From: an uncultured Actinomycetes bacterium
GTDB taxonomy: Bacteria; Actinomycetota; CADDZG01; WHSQ01
NCBI GenBank assembly: GCA_963826105.1
Contig: CAWGWA010000011.1
Coordinates: 67,823-131,822 of the forward strand
DNA length: 64,000 nucleotides
Direction: 5' to 3'
The translations under genes and the position numbers were made by a program. Of this stretch, positions 8,535 through 18,204 are shown piece by piece (position 1 is the first letter of the stretch; the number at the start of each line of letters is the position of its first letter). The notes under the pieces are model-generated. The model was given only the letters and a program-made list of their open reading frames with translations, was not told where the DNA came from and ran no database searches.

Positions 8535-10223
8535 CTAACCGCGCCAGACGCCCACCCCGTCGATGATCACCTTCTTGCCCGAGGAGAGCACCTCGATCGT
8601 GAGCGTCCCGCGCTGCTGGTCGGGGAAGGCGCCGACCACGATCGCGACGCGGTCCTTGCGGGCCCCCGACTTCAAAGAGATCGTCTGAAGCACCTGGCCG
8701 TCGAAGCGGACCTCGATCTTGCCGCAGCTCGGACACTTCGAGACGAGAAGACCGAAGCGTCGACCCCGGATGTCCTTCAGCTTGAGCGTCTTCCCCTGCT
8801 GCGCGGTTTCCTTATAGGTGCTCCGGTAGAAGTCGGACCCGGCCCCCTTGCTCCATCCACCGCCGGTGAGAGAGCGATCGTCGGCCCGCACCGCGACACA
8901 CTTCTCCGGCCCCCACGACGAGGTGTTGCCGGCTTCGTCGGTCGCTCGAGCGGAGTAGCAGTAGGTGCGGCCGGGCTCGCCCTGCATGTCGCCGGACTTC
9001 GCATCGGTGTCGTTCTGCCATTGGCTCTGGGATGAGAAGTGACCCCGGAGGCCCGCCTCGCGGTAGCGAACGTCGTAGGTCAGGGCGTCACTGACGTCAT
9101 CGGTCGCCGCCCATCGCACCTCAACGCGACCCGATGCTGAGACGTCGCCTTCCGGTGACTTGACCGTGGCGTCTTCGGGCGCCTTGCCGTCCCCGATCTC
9201 TCCGGTACTGGCCGGGGATTGCGCGGTGCCGCCTTCGTTGGTTGCCGTCACCTGTCCCTTGAGCGTCTTCCCGTGGTCGGCGCGATGCACCTCGTAGACG
9301 GGATCGGTTGCGCCGGCGATCACTTCACAGGTGTTGGCCGCGGTGCATCGTTTCCACTGATAGGAGAAGGCGATCGGCTTCGTTCCCTTCCACTCTCCGG
9401 GGGACACGGTCAGGGTTCCGCCGGTCTTCTCCTCACCGGAGATCTCGGGCTCGGTCTTGATGGTTGGCGGAACCGGGATCCGGAACTCCTTAAGAGCGCC
9501 GGTCTGCGCGTGATTCAGATCGACATTCCCCTTGATGCCGGGGACCGAGCCCTGGCTCGTGTACTGCCAGAACGACCACCCGTTCCCGCCCCAGTTGTTG
9601 GCGAACTCCATCGGGTTGTTGGCGGTGGTGTAGTGCGCGACCCAGAGTCCGTAACCCTCGAGAGCGAATTCCTCGGTGTCGTCGATGCGCGTCTTCCACG
9701 TGTTCGGGCTCGTGTAGATCAGGGGTTTCACTCCGGTACCGGCCTCGACCCGGTTCAGCCACGTCCGCACCCAGATCTTGAGGCTCTGCGCGTCGAGCCC
9801 GCCGAGGTCGGCCTCGAAGTCGAGCACTGGGTAGAGGTCGCCGGGGGCCGGGGCTCCGGTGGCGAGGAAATGGTTCGCCTCGCCGCGCGCATCCTCCCTA
9901 ACCTCTTCGTCCGTGCCCCCGTTGGGGCGGGCGAAGTGATAGGCGCCGATCCTGAGGCCGGCCGCGTTCGCATCCGTGCGGTTGGCTCCGTAGTAGGGGT
10001 CGACGTACGTGTCTCGCTCGGTGGCTTTGATAAACGTGAATCGGTACCCGGCCTCGGCGACTTGGGTCCAGTCGATCTCGCCCTTGTCGTTCTGCCAGTG
10101 GGACACATCGATGCCGGGGATCCGTGCTGCCTGCGCGGTGCCCGATGCGAGGGTCGTCACGATCAGGGCCAGGCCGACAACAGTCCGCCGGCCCCATGAT
10201 CCCCGCCTGGTCCTTCCGAACAT
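8535..10223 (-). CDS. secreted GH25 muramidase (lysozyme) with Ig/FN3-like C-terminal domains
   Basis: GIDVSHWQNDKGEIDWTQVAEAGYRFTFIKATE...GAYHFARP is the GH25 signature. I prefer ATG 10223 (MFGRTRRGSWGRRTVVGLALIVTTLASGTAQA, a signal peptide) over the tracked start at 10622. Confidence 0.8.
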   Translation of the reverse strand: MFGRTRRGSWGRRTVVGLALIVTTLASGTAQAARIPGIDVSHWQNDKGEIDWTQVAEAGYRFTFIKATERDTYVDPYYGANRTDANAAGLRIGAYHFARPNGGTDEEVREDARGEANHFLATGAPAPGDLYPVLDFEADLGGLDAQSLKIWVRTWLNRVEAGTGVKPLIYTSPNTWKTRIDDTEEFALEGYGLWVAHYTTANNPMEFANNWGGNGWSFWQYTSQGSVPGIKGNVDLNHAQTGALKEFRIPVPPTIKTEPEISGEEKTGGTLTVSPGEWKGTKPIAFSYQWKRCTAANTCEVIAGATDPVYEVHRADHGKTLKGQVTATNEGGTAQSPASTGEIGDGKAPEDATVKSPEGDVSASGRVEVRWAATDDVSDALTYDVRYREAGLRGHFSSQSQWQNDTDAKSGDMQGEPGRTYCYSARATDEAGNTSSWGPEKCVAVRADDRSLTGGGWSKGAGSDFYRSTYKETAQQGKTLKLKDIRGRRFGLLVSKCPSCGKIEVRFDGQVLQTISLKSGARKDRVAIVVGAFPDQQRGTLTIEVLSSGKKVIIDGVGVWRG

Positions 10224-10685
10224 CAGATCCCTCACTTCTGAACCCCTTTTGTCATCGTCTGGCCAGTCTCCGCCACCGTGGGAACTAGGGAGGAGAACAC
10301 GGCTCGGGAGATATGTCCACGAAGCGAAGGATTCGTCCGCCCGCGTCAGCGAGGCAAGCAGGTCGTAGCTCGAAACTGCCTGTTTTGTCGCATACCGACA
10401 AGCGTATGTGGCTTGAGGCGCCCAGAAATCGGGAATATGGGGACACGGCGGGGGGTTATTTGTACATGCGACACAAGGATTGCCCCCTTCCCACCGGGAA
10501 GGGAATCCCTTACCATTGTGGAATTGGTACAGGACTACAACGAGTTCGATCCGGCCCCCGGCCCCGCCACAAATGTGGCAATCAGGAACATTTCGCCGGC
10601 CGGTCACTCGGAGTGGAAGCACGAGAAATCGATCGTGCGCCCTAATAGATGCTGAATGAGCCGGGAATGAGAGGTTGATGCACCG

Positions 10686-11645
10686 ATGAGCCAGACGTCG
10701 CGACCGTCACGGTCGTACGAATCGCGAGAGGAAGCCGCCCACGAGGATCTCGTTAGGCAGTATCTCCGCGAGATCGGTCAGTACCCTCTCCTCACAGACG
10801 TCCAAGAGGTCGAGCTCGCCAAGGCGATCGAGGACGGCGAGAAGGCCCAAGAAAAGATGGACAAGGCCAAGAAGCTGTCCGACAAGCAGCGCATCGAGCT
10901 GCAGACCCGCATCCGGGTCGGTCGCCAGGCCAAGCGCCGCTTCATCCAGTCCAACCTCCGCCTCGTGGTTTCGATCGCGAAGAAGTACTCCGCGGCAGGA
11001 CTCCCCCTCCTCGACCTGATCCAGGAAGGGAACCTCGGCCTGATGCGAGCGGTCGAGAAGTTCGACTACCAGCGAGGCTTCAAGTTCTCCACCTACGCGA
11101 CCTGGTGGATCCGTCAGGCCATCACCCGTGCGATCGCGGACAAGGCCCGCACGATCCGGATCCCCGTGCACATGGTCGAGACCCTCTACCGGGTCCGCAA
11201 GGTCCAGAGCGAGCTCCTCGAGAAGCTGGGCCGAGAGCCCACCATCGACGAGATCGCTGACCAGTCCGACCTCACTCCCGACAAGGTGCGCGAGGCGTTC
11301 CGTGTGCTCCCCGAGCCGGTCTCGCTCCACGAGCCGGTTGGTGACGAGGACGCGGAACTGGGCGACTTCATCGAAGACGAGGACGTCGAAGGTCCCTTCC
11401 AGGCCGCCGCCGTTGCGCTGCGCCAGGAGGACCTGTGGAACATGCTGGGCTCGCTGTCCGATCGTGAGCGCAAGGTACTCGCGCTCCGTTTCGGGCTAAT
11501 CACCGGCGAGCCGCGGACGCTCGAAGAGGTCGGTAAAGAGTTCAACCTGACCCGTGAGCGGATCCGTCAGATCGAGGCCAAGGCGCTCAGCAAGCTGCGC
11601 CACCCCTCGACCCCGGGCAAGCTCCGCGACATGGTCACCATCTAG
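10686..11645 (+). CDS. RNA polymerase sigma-70 factor, RpoD/SigB-like (group 1/2)
   Basis: Region 2 ([12 protein letters not shown]...[40 protein letters not shown]), region 3, and region 4 ([24 protein letters not shown]). At 319 aa it has a short region 1. Confidence 0.9.
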   Translation: MSQTSRPSRSYESREEAAHEDLVRQYLREIGQYPLLTDVQEVELAKAIEDGEKAQEKMDKAKKLSDKQRIELQTRIRVGRQAKRRFIQSNLRLVVSIAKKYSAAGLPLLDLIQEGNLGLMRAVEKFDYQRGFKFSTYATWWIRQAITRAIADKARTIRIPVHMVETLYRVRKVQSELLEKLGREPTIDEIADQSDLTPDKVREAFRVLPEPVSLHEPVGDEDAELGDFIEDEDVEGPFQAAAVALRQEDLWNMLGSLSDRERKVLALRFGLITGEPRTLEEVGKEFNLTRERIRQIEAKALSKLRHPSTPGKLRDMVTI

Positions 11646-11680
11646 CCACCTCCGAAGCGGCAACGAAGTACGCTCACGAG

Positions 11681-11971
11681 ATGGTTACAACCGTTGTCTT
11701 AGCCAACTGCGACATCGACCGCGTTCCCGAAGCGGCCCAGCAGGTCGCCGATCTCCCGGAGGTATCCGAGGTCTATTCGGTCGCGGGCGATTACGACCTC
11801 GTCATCATGATCCGGGTGCGCAAGCACGAGGATCTCGCGCGGGTCGTGACCGAAGGGATCCGGCGGGTGCCGGGGATCGAGCAGACGCGGACCCTCGTGG
11901 CGTTCAAGGTCTATTCCCGCCACGACGTGGAGTCCTTGTTCTCGCTGGGGTTCGACGAAGAGACCTCCTAG
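11681..11971 (+). CDS. Lrp/AsnC ligand-binding (RAM) domain-only protein
   Basis: 96 aa. [29 protein letters not shown]...[13 protein letters not shown] is typical of the AsnC_trans_reg domain. No HTH is present. Confidence 0.6.
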   Translation: MVTTVVLANCDIDRVPEAAQQVADLPEVSEVYSVAGDYDLVIMIRVRKHEDLARVVTEGIRRVPGIEQTRTLVAFKVYSRHDVESLFSLGFDEETS

Positions 11972-11984
11972 AACGGGTGGGGCC

Positions 11985-13160
11985 ATGGATGCTCTGATCG
12001 CCCACTATCACGAGATCGGTCTCAAGGGCCGCAACCGGATGTTCTTCGAGGACGCCCTCGTAAAGAATCTGAGGCGCGCGCTCGAAGGCACCGGTTACAG
12101 GAAGGTGCAGCGCAACTACGGGCGCGTCCTGATCGAACTGAACCCCGATGCCGATACCGAAGAGGTCATCGCGCGGGCCTCCCGAGTCTTCGGCATCGCC
12201 TACGTCGGAGCCGGTGTCCAGGTTGCCGCCGACCTCGATGAGATCAAAGAGGTCTCGTTGTCACTCCTGCAAGCGGAACCCTTCACGTCATTCGCGATCA
12301 GGGCACGCCGGCAGAACTCTAGCCTCGAGATGAAGAGCAACGAGATAAACATCGCGGTCGGCTCGCATGTCCAGGCCGCGATCGATGCCCCCGTCGATCT
12401 CTCGAATCCGGACGCGACCGTGTGGATCGAGTTGTTCGACGAGGGTGGGGTCGTGTTCCGACGCAGAGTACGGGGGCCGGGAGGACTTCCCGTCGGGACC
12501 TCCGGGCGCATGCTCGCGCTGCTTTCGGGCGGGATCGACTCCCCAGTCGCGGCGTGGCGCATGGCGCGGCGCGGCGCCGTCGTCGAATTCGTCCATTTCC
12601 ACGGACAACCGTTCACCGATCCCTCATCGGTTCGCCAGGCCCAGGAACTCGCCGAGGTTCTCGCTCGGTACCAGCTCAAAGCCAAGCTCCACCTCATCCC
12701 GCTGGCCGACGCCCAACGCGAGATCGTGACCCATGCGGCCTCGAGCATGCGCGTGGTCCTCTACCGGCGGACCATGATGCGCATCGCGTCGGCGCTCGCT
12801 GATGAGCTGGCGTGCAAAGCATTGATCACCGGGGACTCACTCGGACAGGTGGCGTCGCAGACGATCGAGAACATCAAGACCGTCGACGATGCGATCCCCG
12901 GCGTCGAGGTGCTGCGGCCCCTGATCGGCAACGACAAGCAGGAGATCATCGACCTCGCGATCGAGATCGGTACCTACGACATCTCGACCCGTGCCTATCA
13001 GGACTGCTGCGTTCTCTTCGAGCCCCGCTCCCCCGCCACCCGATCGAAGGTCGAGCAGGCAGAACTGGGCGAGTCCGAACTGGACATCGACGCGCTGGTC
13101 GGCAAAGCCCTCGCCGCCCGCGAGACGATCCAGATCGCGTTTCCCCCAAGCGTTAGCTAG
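11985..13160 (+). CDS. thiI: tRNA 4-thiouridine(8) synthase ThiI (no rhodanese domain)
   Basis: THUMP-like N-terminus and PP-loop ALLSGGIDSPVAAW, followed by LITGDSLGQVASQT. Confidence 0.9.
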   Translation: MDALIAHYHEIGLKGRNRMFFEDALVKNLRRALEGTGYRKVQRNYGRVLIELNPDADTEEVIARASRVFGIAYVGAGVQVAADLDEIKEVSLSLLQAEPFTSFAIRARRQNSSLEMKSNEINIAVGSHVQAAIDAPVDLSNPDATVWIELFDEGGVVFRRRVRGPGGLPVGTSGRMLALLSGGIDSPVAAWRMARRGAVVEFVHFHGQPFTDPSSVRQAQELAEVLARYQLKAKLHLIPLADAQREIVTHAASSMRVVLYRRTMMRIASALADELACKALITGDSLGQVASQTIENIKTVDDAIPGVEVLRPLIGNDKQEIIDLAIEIGTYDISTRAYQDCCVLFEPRSPATRSKVEQAELGESELDIDALVGKALAARETIQIAFPPSVS

Positions 13161-13758
13161 AGAGCCAGGGCTCCGGGAGATCGATGTACTTCGGCTCGCC
13201 GTCGGAGAGCGCCTGCATCTCGCTCATGTACTTCTCGAAATCGGGGGACGACGACGCCTCTGCCTCCTTGGCGCGGGCCTCGGCCTCGGACGTGAAGTAG
13301 ATGGCGCTGGTAAAACGGCCATTCTCCGGGTGCCACGCGGTGATCCCGCCGATGACGTCGGGGCGCATACCCGCCATCTCCTTCTGCATCTCCTGGTCGA
13401 GCGCACGTGACTTGTCGACGTCGGTCACTTTGCCCTGGATCACCTGCACGAAGCCGGCGGCGTCGGAGCCTCCATCGCCCATGAGGTCCACCTCGCGGCA
13501 GTCGTGGAACATCGGATCCTCGACATACTTCGAGGTCTCCTCCCACCAGGCCCCCTGCTCGGGCCGGTCGCTGTTGGCGCGAGCGACCTCTTCGCTCTCG
13601 AACCTGGCCAGAAGGACGAACTCGCCGTCCGGGGTGATCCCGCCCGTGCTCCCCAAGAAGCCCTGGACCGCGGGCCTCACGTCCCGTTCCCACGCCTCCA
13701 CCTGGTTCTTGAACCCCTCTGTATCCTTCACTTTTCCCTGAACCACCTGAACGAACAT
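13153..13758 (-). CDS. hypothetical protein with two tandem ferredoxin-like (ABM/Dabb-like) repeats
   Basis: 201 aa with an internal duplication (MFVQVVQGKVKD... and FVQVIQGKVTD...). Its 3' end overlaps thiI by 8 nt. Confidence 0.5.
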   Translation of the reverse strand: MFVQVVQGKVKDTEGFKNQVEAWERDVRPAVQGFLGSTGGITPDGEFVLLARFESEEVARANSDRPEQGAWWEETSKYVEDPMFHDCREVDLMGDGGSDAAGFVQVIQGKVTDVDKSRALDQEMQKEMAGMRPDVIGGITAWHPENGRFTSAIYFTSEAEARAKEAEASSSPDFEKYMSEMQALSDGEPKYIDLPEPWLSS

Positions 13759-13793
13759 GACTCCCCCCTTCGCGTGACCCTTGCCTATTCGAC

Positions 13794-15467
13794 CTAGAGC
13801 TTGTTCTTGAGAACTTCAGCGATGTTGTTGAAGAACTTCGGGGCTTCATCGAGCTTCTGTCTGAAGGTCGGTGCGGTCATCACCCTGACGACGCCATCCC
13901 ACATATCGCGAGTCGCGTCGTTGTAGGGGTACCACCACAACTTCTTCATGTTCGGCATCGTCGACTTCCCGATGTGCAGTGGAACCGAGAACTCCATGAG
14001 TCCGAGGTGGCCCTGAAGGCGCCCGTAGCCGGACTCGCCGACGCCGCCCCAGGGAGCCCACACCGCGCCGGCCGCACCGGCGTGGTCGTTGATCCCCACC
14101 GCGCCTGCCCTCAGTCGCTTGGCGATCGCCTCGCCCTTCCTCTGGTCCTTGGTCCATACCGATGACGTGAGGTTGAACGAGTCCTCGTTGGTCCGGCGGA
14201 TCGCCTCTTCCTCGTCGGCGACCCTGAAGATCGGAAGGATCGGGCCGAAGGTCTCCTGCTGAGAGAGGTCCATGTCCGGCGAGACGTCGGTAATGACGAC
14301 CGGCTTCTGCCACAGCGAGCCGTCCTTGTTGCGAGCGGCGTCTTCCTCGCCTCCGGACAGGACCCTGGCTCCCTTGGCGATGGCGTCCTTGAGATGGCGC
14401 TGGACGATATCGAGCTGGTTCTTGAAGGTCAGCGAGCCGACGTCGCCCTCGTCGGGCTGCTGCCTCAGGCGCTCGACCTTGTCGAGCAGGATCTCGTTGA
14501 ACTCGTCGGCGACCGAATCGACCACGTACGTCCGCTCGACCGCAGCACAGGTTTGGCCGGTGTTGGTGAACGAACCCCAGACGATCCCCGCGGCAGCGAT
14601 GTCGAGGTTCGCATCGGCACACACGATCGCAGCGTCCTTGCCGCCGAGCTCCATGACCACCGGGGTCAGATGCTTGGACGCAGCCTCTGCGATCCGCCGA
14701 CCGGTCCCGGGGGAACCGATGAAACAGATCTTGTCGCACGGAGCATCGACCAGTGCGGCGCCGACTTCCCCAGCGCCCTGCACGACGGTCGCCACTCCGG
14801 CGGGCAGAGGGTCGAGGATCTTGCGAATGACCTCGCCGACGCCGGGAGTGACCTCCGACGGCTTCAGCACGACAACGTTTCCGGCGAAGAGCGGCGCGGC
14901 GATCCCCATGAAAGTGAGGAAGAACGGATAGTTCCATGGGGTGATGCAACCGACGACGCCGAACGGCTTCCACTCGATCTTGCTCGACATCCCGGCAAGG
15001 GGGCCGATGATCGGACCGACGCGCTTGGGGCGTAGGAACTTCGCCGCGGTGCGCTCGTAGTACATCAAGGTCATAACCGCGGGCATGACGTCGGCGAACA
15101 GGGCTTCGGTGCGGGGCTTACCGGTCTCCCTTGCGATCGTCTCAACCAGTTCGTCGAGGTGTGTGTAGATCGCGTGCCGGACGTCTTTCATGATGTGAGC
15201 GCGTCCCGCCGGGGAGATCGACGCCCATTCCGGCGCCACCTTGCGGGCCAGGGCTACGGCATCGGCGACATCGGCTGGTGAACTCGCGGGGAATTCGGCC
15301 GAGTACTCGCCGGTCCTCGGGTTGAACGACCGCAGCACCGACGCGGCCGGGGTCGTCACCTTGGCACGCGAACGCGTGGTCGTCGTTTTCTTAGTCGTGG
15401 TCTTCTTAGCCGTGGTCTTCTTGCGGGCGGTCGTCTTCTTGGCGGTGGTCTTCTTTGCCTCGGCCAT
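13794..15467 (-). CDS. aldehyde dehydrogenase family protein with a Lys/Thr-rich repetitive N-terminal tail
   Basis: ALDH core (ITPWNYPF, ELGGKDA, FTNTGQTCAAVER) preceded by MAEAKKTTAKKTTARKKTTAKKTTTKKTTTT. SD AGGGGG lies upstream of ATG 15467. Confidence 0.9.
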   Translation of the reverse strand: MAEAKKTTAKKTTARKKTTAKKTTTKKTTTTRSRAKVTTPAASVLRSFNPRTGEYSAEFPASSPADVADAVALARKVAPEWASISPAGRAHIMKDVRHAIYTHLDELVETIARETGKPRTEALFADVMPAVMTLMYYERTAAKFLRPKRVGPIIGPLAGMSSKIEWKPFGVVGCITPWNYPFFLTFMGIAAPLFAGNVVVLKPSEVTPGVGEVIRKILDPLPAGVATVVQGAGEVGAALVDAPCDKICFIGSPGTGRRIAEAASKHLTPVVMELGGKDAAIVCADANLDIAAAGIVWGSFTNTGQTCAAVERTYVVDSVADEFNEILLDKVERLRQQPDEGDVGSLTFKNQLDIVQRHLKDAIAKGARVLSGGEEDAARNKDGSLWQKPVVITDVSPDMDLSQQETFGPILPIFRVADEEEAIRRTNEDSFNLTSSVWTKDQRKGEAIAKRLRAGAVGINDHAGAAGAVWAPWGGVGESGYGRLQGHLGLMEFSVPLHIGKSTMPNMKKLWWYPYNDATRDMWDGVVRVMTAPTFRQKLDEAPKFFNNIAEVLKNKL

Positions 15468-15523
15468 ACCAACCCCCTGGTCTCTGTGTAAAGAAGAACC
15501 TCAGGGTACCCGCTACGGAGTGG

Positions 15524-15763
15524 CTATCCGCCCGAGTATGGGGGCATAAGGGTGATCTCCGCTCCGTCGTGAACCTCGGAATCGAGCGGCGCCTGCAGAC
15601 CGTCGAGGAGAACCCCGAAGACGAGCGCACGGGGAGCGCCCAGGGCGTCGACCACATGGCCCACGGTCGACCCTGCGGGAACCTCAACCGATCCTCGATT
15701 GCCCTCGGACGCCTCGGGAAGGAAGTCTTTGAACGCTCCGAAGCACAGGACGGCGACTCTCAT
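15524..15763 (-). CDS. MoaD/ThiS-family sulfur carrier protein
   Basis: 79 aa, beta-grasp size, ending in ...ITLMPPYSGG, the C-terminal Gly-Gly typical of sulfur carriers. Lies directly downstream of the rhodanese gene. Confidence 0.7.
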   Translation of the reverse strand: MRVAVLCFGAFKDFLPEASEGNRGSVEVPAGSTVGHVVDALGAPRALVFGVLLDGLQAPLDSEVHDGAEITLMPPYSGG

Positions 15764-15831
15764 GGTCCCAGCCTAAGCCGGACGCGCGGAGGGGGCGCCG
15801 CATCAGCGACGCCCCCTCCAGCATTCCCGCC

Positions 15832-16680
15832 TTACGACTCCTTGACGATAGGAACTCCGACCAGTGATCCGTACTCGGTCCACGAACCGTCGTAATTGCG
15901 CACGGTGCCGTAGCCAAGCAACTCGTTCAGGACGAACCACGAGTGCGACGAACGCTCACCGATCCTGCAGTAGGCGATGACGTCCTTGTCCGGGGTGATC
16001 CCCTCGGCCTCATAGAGGGCCTTGAGTTCGTCCGCCGACTTGAAGGTGCCGTCCTCGTTCGCGGCCTTCGACCAGGTGATGTTGGAGGCGCCGGGGATGT
16101 GGCCCGGGACCTGTGCCTGCTCCTGCGGGAGGTGCGGAGGGGCGACCGCTTCGCCCCGATACTCCTCCGGCGAGCGGACGTCGACCCATGCCTCGTTGCC
16201 GGCGATGGCACGCTTGATGACCTCGTCGCGGAATACCCGCAACTCCGGTCGGTCGGTTCCGGGCGTGAAGCTTGCCTTCTCGCGCGACGGCTCGTCCTGC
16301 GTGAGCAGCCTGCTTTCGAGCTCCCACTTCTTACGCCCACCGTTCAGCAGCTTGACGCTGTCGATGCCGCGGTACTTGAAGAGCCAGTACGCATAGGTAG
16401 CGAACCAGTTGTTGTTGCCGCCGTACAGAACGACGGTGTGATCGTTCGAGACGCCCTTCTCGCCGAGCAGCTTTGCCAGTTGCTCACCGGAGACGAACTC
16501 GCGACGAGGCTGATCGTGAAGCTCTGTCTCCCAGTTGATCTGGATCGAGTTTGGGATGTGGCCCTTGTTGTAGGCATCCGCATCCTCATCGACCTCGACG
16601 ACCACGACTGTGGGATCGTCGATGTTGGCCTCGAGCCAGTCAGTGTCGACCAATACCTCGGGATGTGCGTACTCAGCCAT
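15832..16680 (-). CDS. thiosulfate/3-mercaptopyruvate sulfurtransferase (tandem rhodanese domains)
   Basis: 282 aa with active-site loop AYCRIGERSSHSW. The N-terminus (VDTDWLEANIDDP...YNKGHIPNS) is typical of SseA/CysA-like enzymes. Confidence 0.85.
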   Translation of the reverse strand: MAEYAHPEVLVDTDWLEANIDDPTVVVVEVDEDADAYNKGHIPNSIQINWETELHDQPRREFVSGEQLAKLLGEKGVSNDHTVVLYGGNNNWFATYAYWLFKYRGIDSVKLLNGGRKKWELESRLLTQDEPSREKASFTPGTDRPELRVFRDEVIKRAIAGNEAWVDVRSPEEYRGEAVAPPHLPQEQAQVPGHIPGASNITWSKAANEDGTFKSADELKALYEAEGITPDKDVIAYCRIGERSSHSWFVLNELLGYGTVRNYDGSWTEYGSLVGVPIVKES

Positions 16681-16732
16681 GCTTCCTCCTTACGGTTCCT
16701 GCTTGCCCAATCGAACTAACGAGGTGAATGAG

Positions 16733-17164
16733 TTACTGCGGCGGGGGAACGTCCTTACATCGCTCGACTACGAGTTCCCGAAGCCGGGCGATCTGAGCCT
16801 GGGCATCGGCGAGGGTTCGCTCGAGGATGCGCATCTCGAGCTCGAGGTCGTCGGTGGTGTCCTGACGCTCGGCAGGGATGTCGATCCCGGCCTCCTCGAG
16901 CGCTCCGATCTCGCTCTCCCAGGTGAAGTACACCTTCGCCGGGCGGCCCTTAGCCTGGCGGCGGGTGTCGGTGGCGAGGAATCCCGCCTCGACCATCAGA
17001 TCGAGGTGCGCTCGGGCCACGTTCGGGTGGATCTGGAACATGTCCGAGATCTCTTTGACCGTCTTCGGCCCACTCTGGAGGAGCTTCGCCAGGATCGCGG
17101 CCCGGGTGGGCAGCGAAAGGACTTTGGCGGTCCTGGTGGCGGAGTCATCTCCCAGATTGGACAT
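16733..17164 (-). CDS. winged-helix (ArsR-like) transcriptional regulator with coiled-coil C-terminus
   Basis: LPTRAAILAKLLQSGPKTVKEISDMFQIHPNVARAHLDLMVEAGFL is wHTH-like. It is the last gene of the suf-side minus-strand block and lacks the Cys cluster of classical SufR. Confidence 0.5.
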   Translation of the reverse strand: MSNLGDDSATRTAKVLSLPTRAAILAKLLQSGPKTVKEISDMFQIHPNVARAHLDLMVEAGFLATDTRRQAKGRPAKVYFTWESEIGALEEAGIDIPAERQDTTDDLELEMRILERTLADAQAQIARLRELVVERCKDVPPPQ

Positions 17165-17217
17165 GCGGACGTTCTACCAGAAGAACGCACCCTAAGCAAC
17201 TGGCTAATAGTGCAAAA

Positions 17218-17460
17218 TCAGCGGGCTGCGGCTCCGTCGACGATCTCGCGGTCCCCCAGGGGTTCGTCGAGCTCCACGATCGTGGCCTTCTTCATGGCTA
17301 TCTCGATGCAGGCGACGTCTTCTTCGGTCTCGGTGTGGCCTTCGAAGAGGGTCATCGTGACGGCCTCATCGGTGTACTCGACCTCGACCCGATCGAGGAC
17401 GTTGCAGGGCTCGACCCCGGACCACCAGAAGAGTTTGACCGCCGCCCCATCGTCGAGCAC
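17218..17460 (-). CDS. hypothetical protein, probably the C-terminal part of a disrupted lipoprotein gene
   Basis: 80-aa ORF with a GTG start. The same frame stays open 44 codons further upstream (Pro/Gly/Ser-rich linker) without an ATG/GTG/TTG. A lipobox-like MLLFAACGD lies in another frame at about 17630-17650. Confidence 0.4.
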   Translation of the reverse strand: MLDDGAAVKLFWWSGVEPCNVLDRVEVEYTDEAVTMTLFEGHTETEEDVACIEIAMKKATIVELDEPLGDREIVDGAAAR

Positions 17461-17754
17461 CTTGGCTCTCGTCCAGGGGATCGGTCGGACGTCGGCCTGC
17501 CCAGGCTGAGGCTCTACCAGGGTTGCACCGCCGCCCGAGGGGCTTTCGTTGGGATCGGGAGTCGAGGAGACGGGGTCATCGGGAGTTGCAGGACCGCCGC
17601 CGCCGGGATCGAATCTGGGTCACCGCAGGCCGCGAAGAGAAGCATCGAGAGCGAGCAGGGCAAGCCGCCGAAATGAGATGTCTTGCCCGCGAGGTTCCTC
17701 GTGTTTGTCTCATATCTCTTTGACCGAATGAGACCCCGAGATTGTTCCCCCGAA

Positions 17755-18204
17755 CTAGGAAGGGGTTCCTTTGCCGGCCTCGTCGAGGGCCTCGAGGAGC
17801 GTCGTCCATCCGAGCATGGCGCACTTGATGCGGACCGGGTACTTCACGACTCCCTTGAGGGCGATCAGGTCGCCGAGTTCGTCGGCGTCGCCTTCCTCCT
17901 CGCCGGCCATCATCTTTCTGATACCACCGGCAAGATCGGTCGCGTCCTTGATCGAGATCCCCTGGAGGCGCTCGGCCATCATCGACGCGCTTGCCTGCGA
18001 GATCGAGCAGCCCTTGCCGTCGAACGACAGGCCCGAGAGCTGGTCTCCATCGAACTTCAGGAACAGTTCGATCTCGTCGCCGCACAGCGGGTTGTTCCGC
18101 TCGAGCACGATGTCGTGCGGATCGAGGCGGCCCTTGTGCCTCGGCGACCGATAGTGGTCGAGGATTACCTCTTTGTAAAGATCCTCGAGACTCAGATGAA
18201 CCAC
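17755..18204 (-). CDS. sufU: SUF system Fe-S cluster assembly sulfur-transfer protein SufU
   Basis: LYKEVILDHYRSPRHKG, NPLCGDEIELF, GKGCSISQASASMM and RIKCAMLGW. Confidence 0.9.
   Translation of the reverse strand: MVHLSLEDLYKEVILDHYRSPRHKGRLDPHDIVLERNNPLCGDEIELFLKFDGDQLSGLSFDGKGCSISQASASMMAERLQGISIKDATDLAGGIRKMMAGEEEGDADELGDLIALKGVVKYPVRIKCAMLGWTTLLEALDEAGKGTPS

Noticed and set aside
10224-10440. Possible ydaO-type c-di-AMP riboswitch in the leader of the GH25 muramidase gene (minus strand)
   Set aside because: I reverse-complemented the leader. It contains GGACGAAUCC but lacks the hallmark GGGGACCCA and CAGCUAACCUCGUAAGCG-like elements, and shows no pseudo-twofold arrangement. By eye it does not fit the consensus. 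An Infernal scan would be decisive.
16733-17164. Identification of the wHTH gene as the classical SufR repressor
   Set aside because: It is only 143 aa and lacks the C-terminal multi-Cys Fe-S sensing motif of SufR. It remains just a positional candidate for binding the GGTTAGGC-N3-CCTAA motifs.
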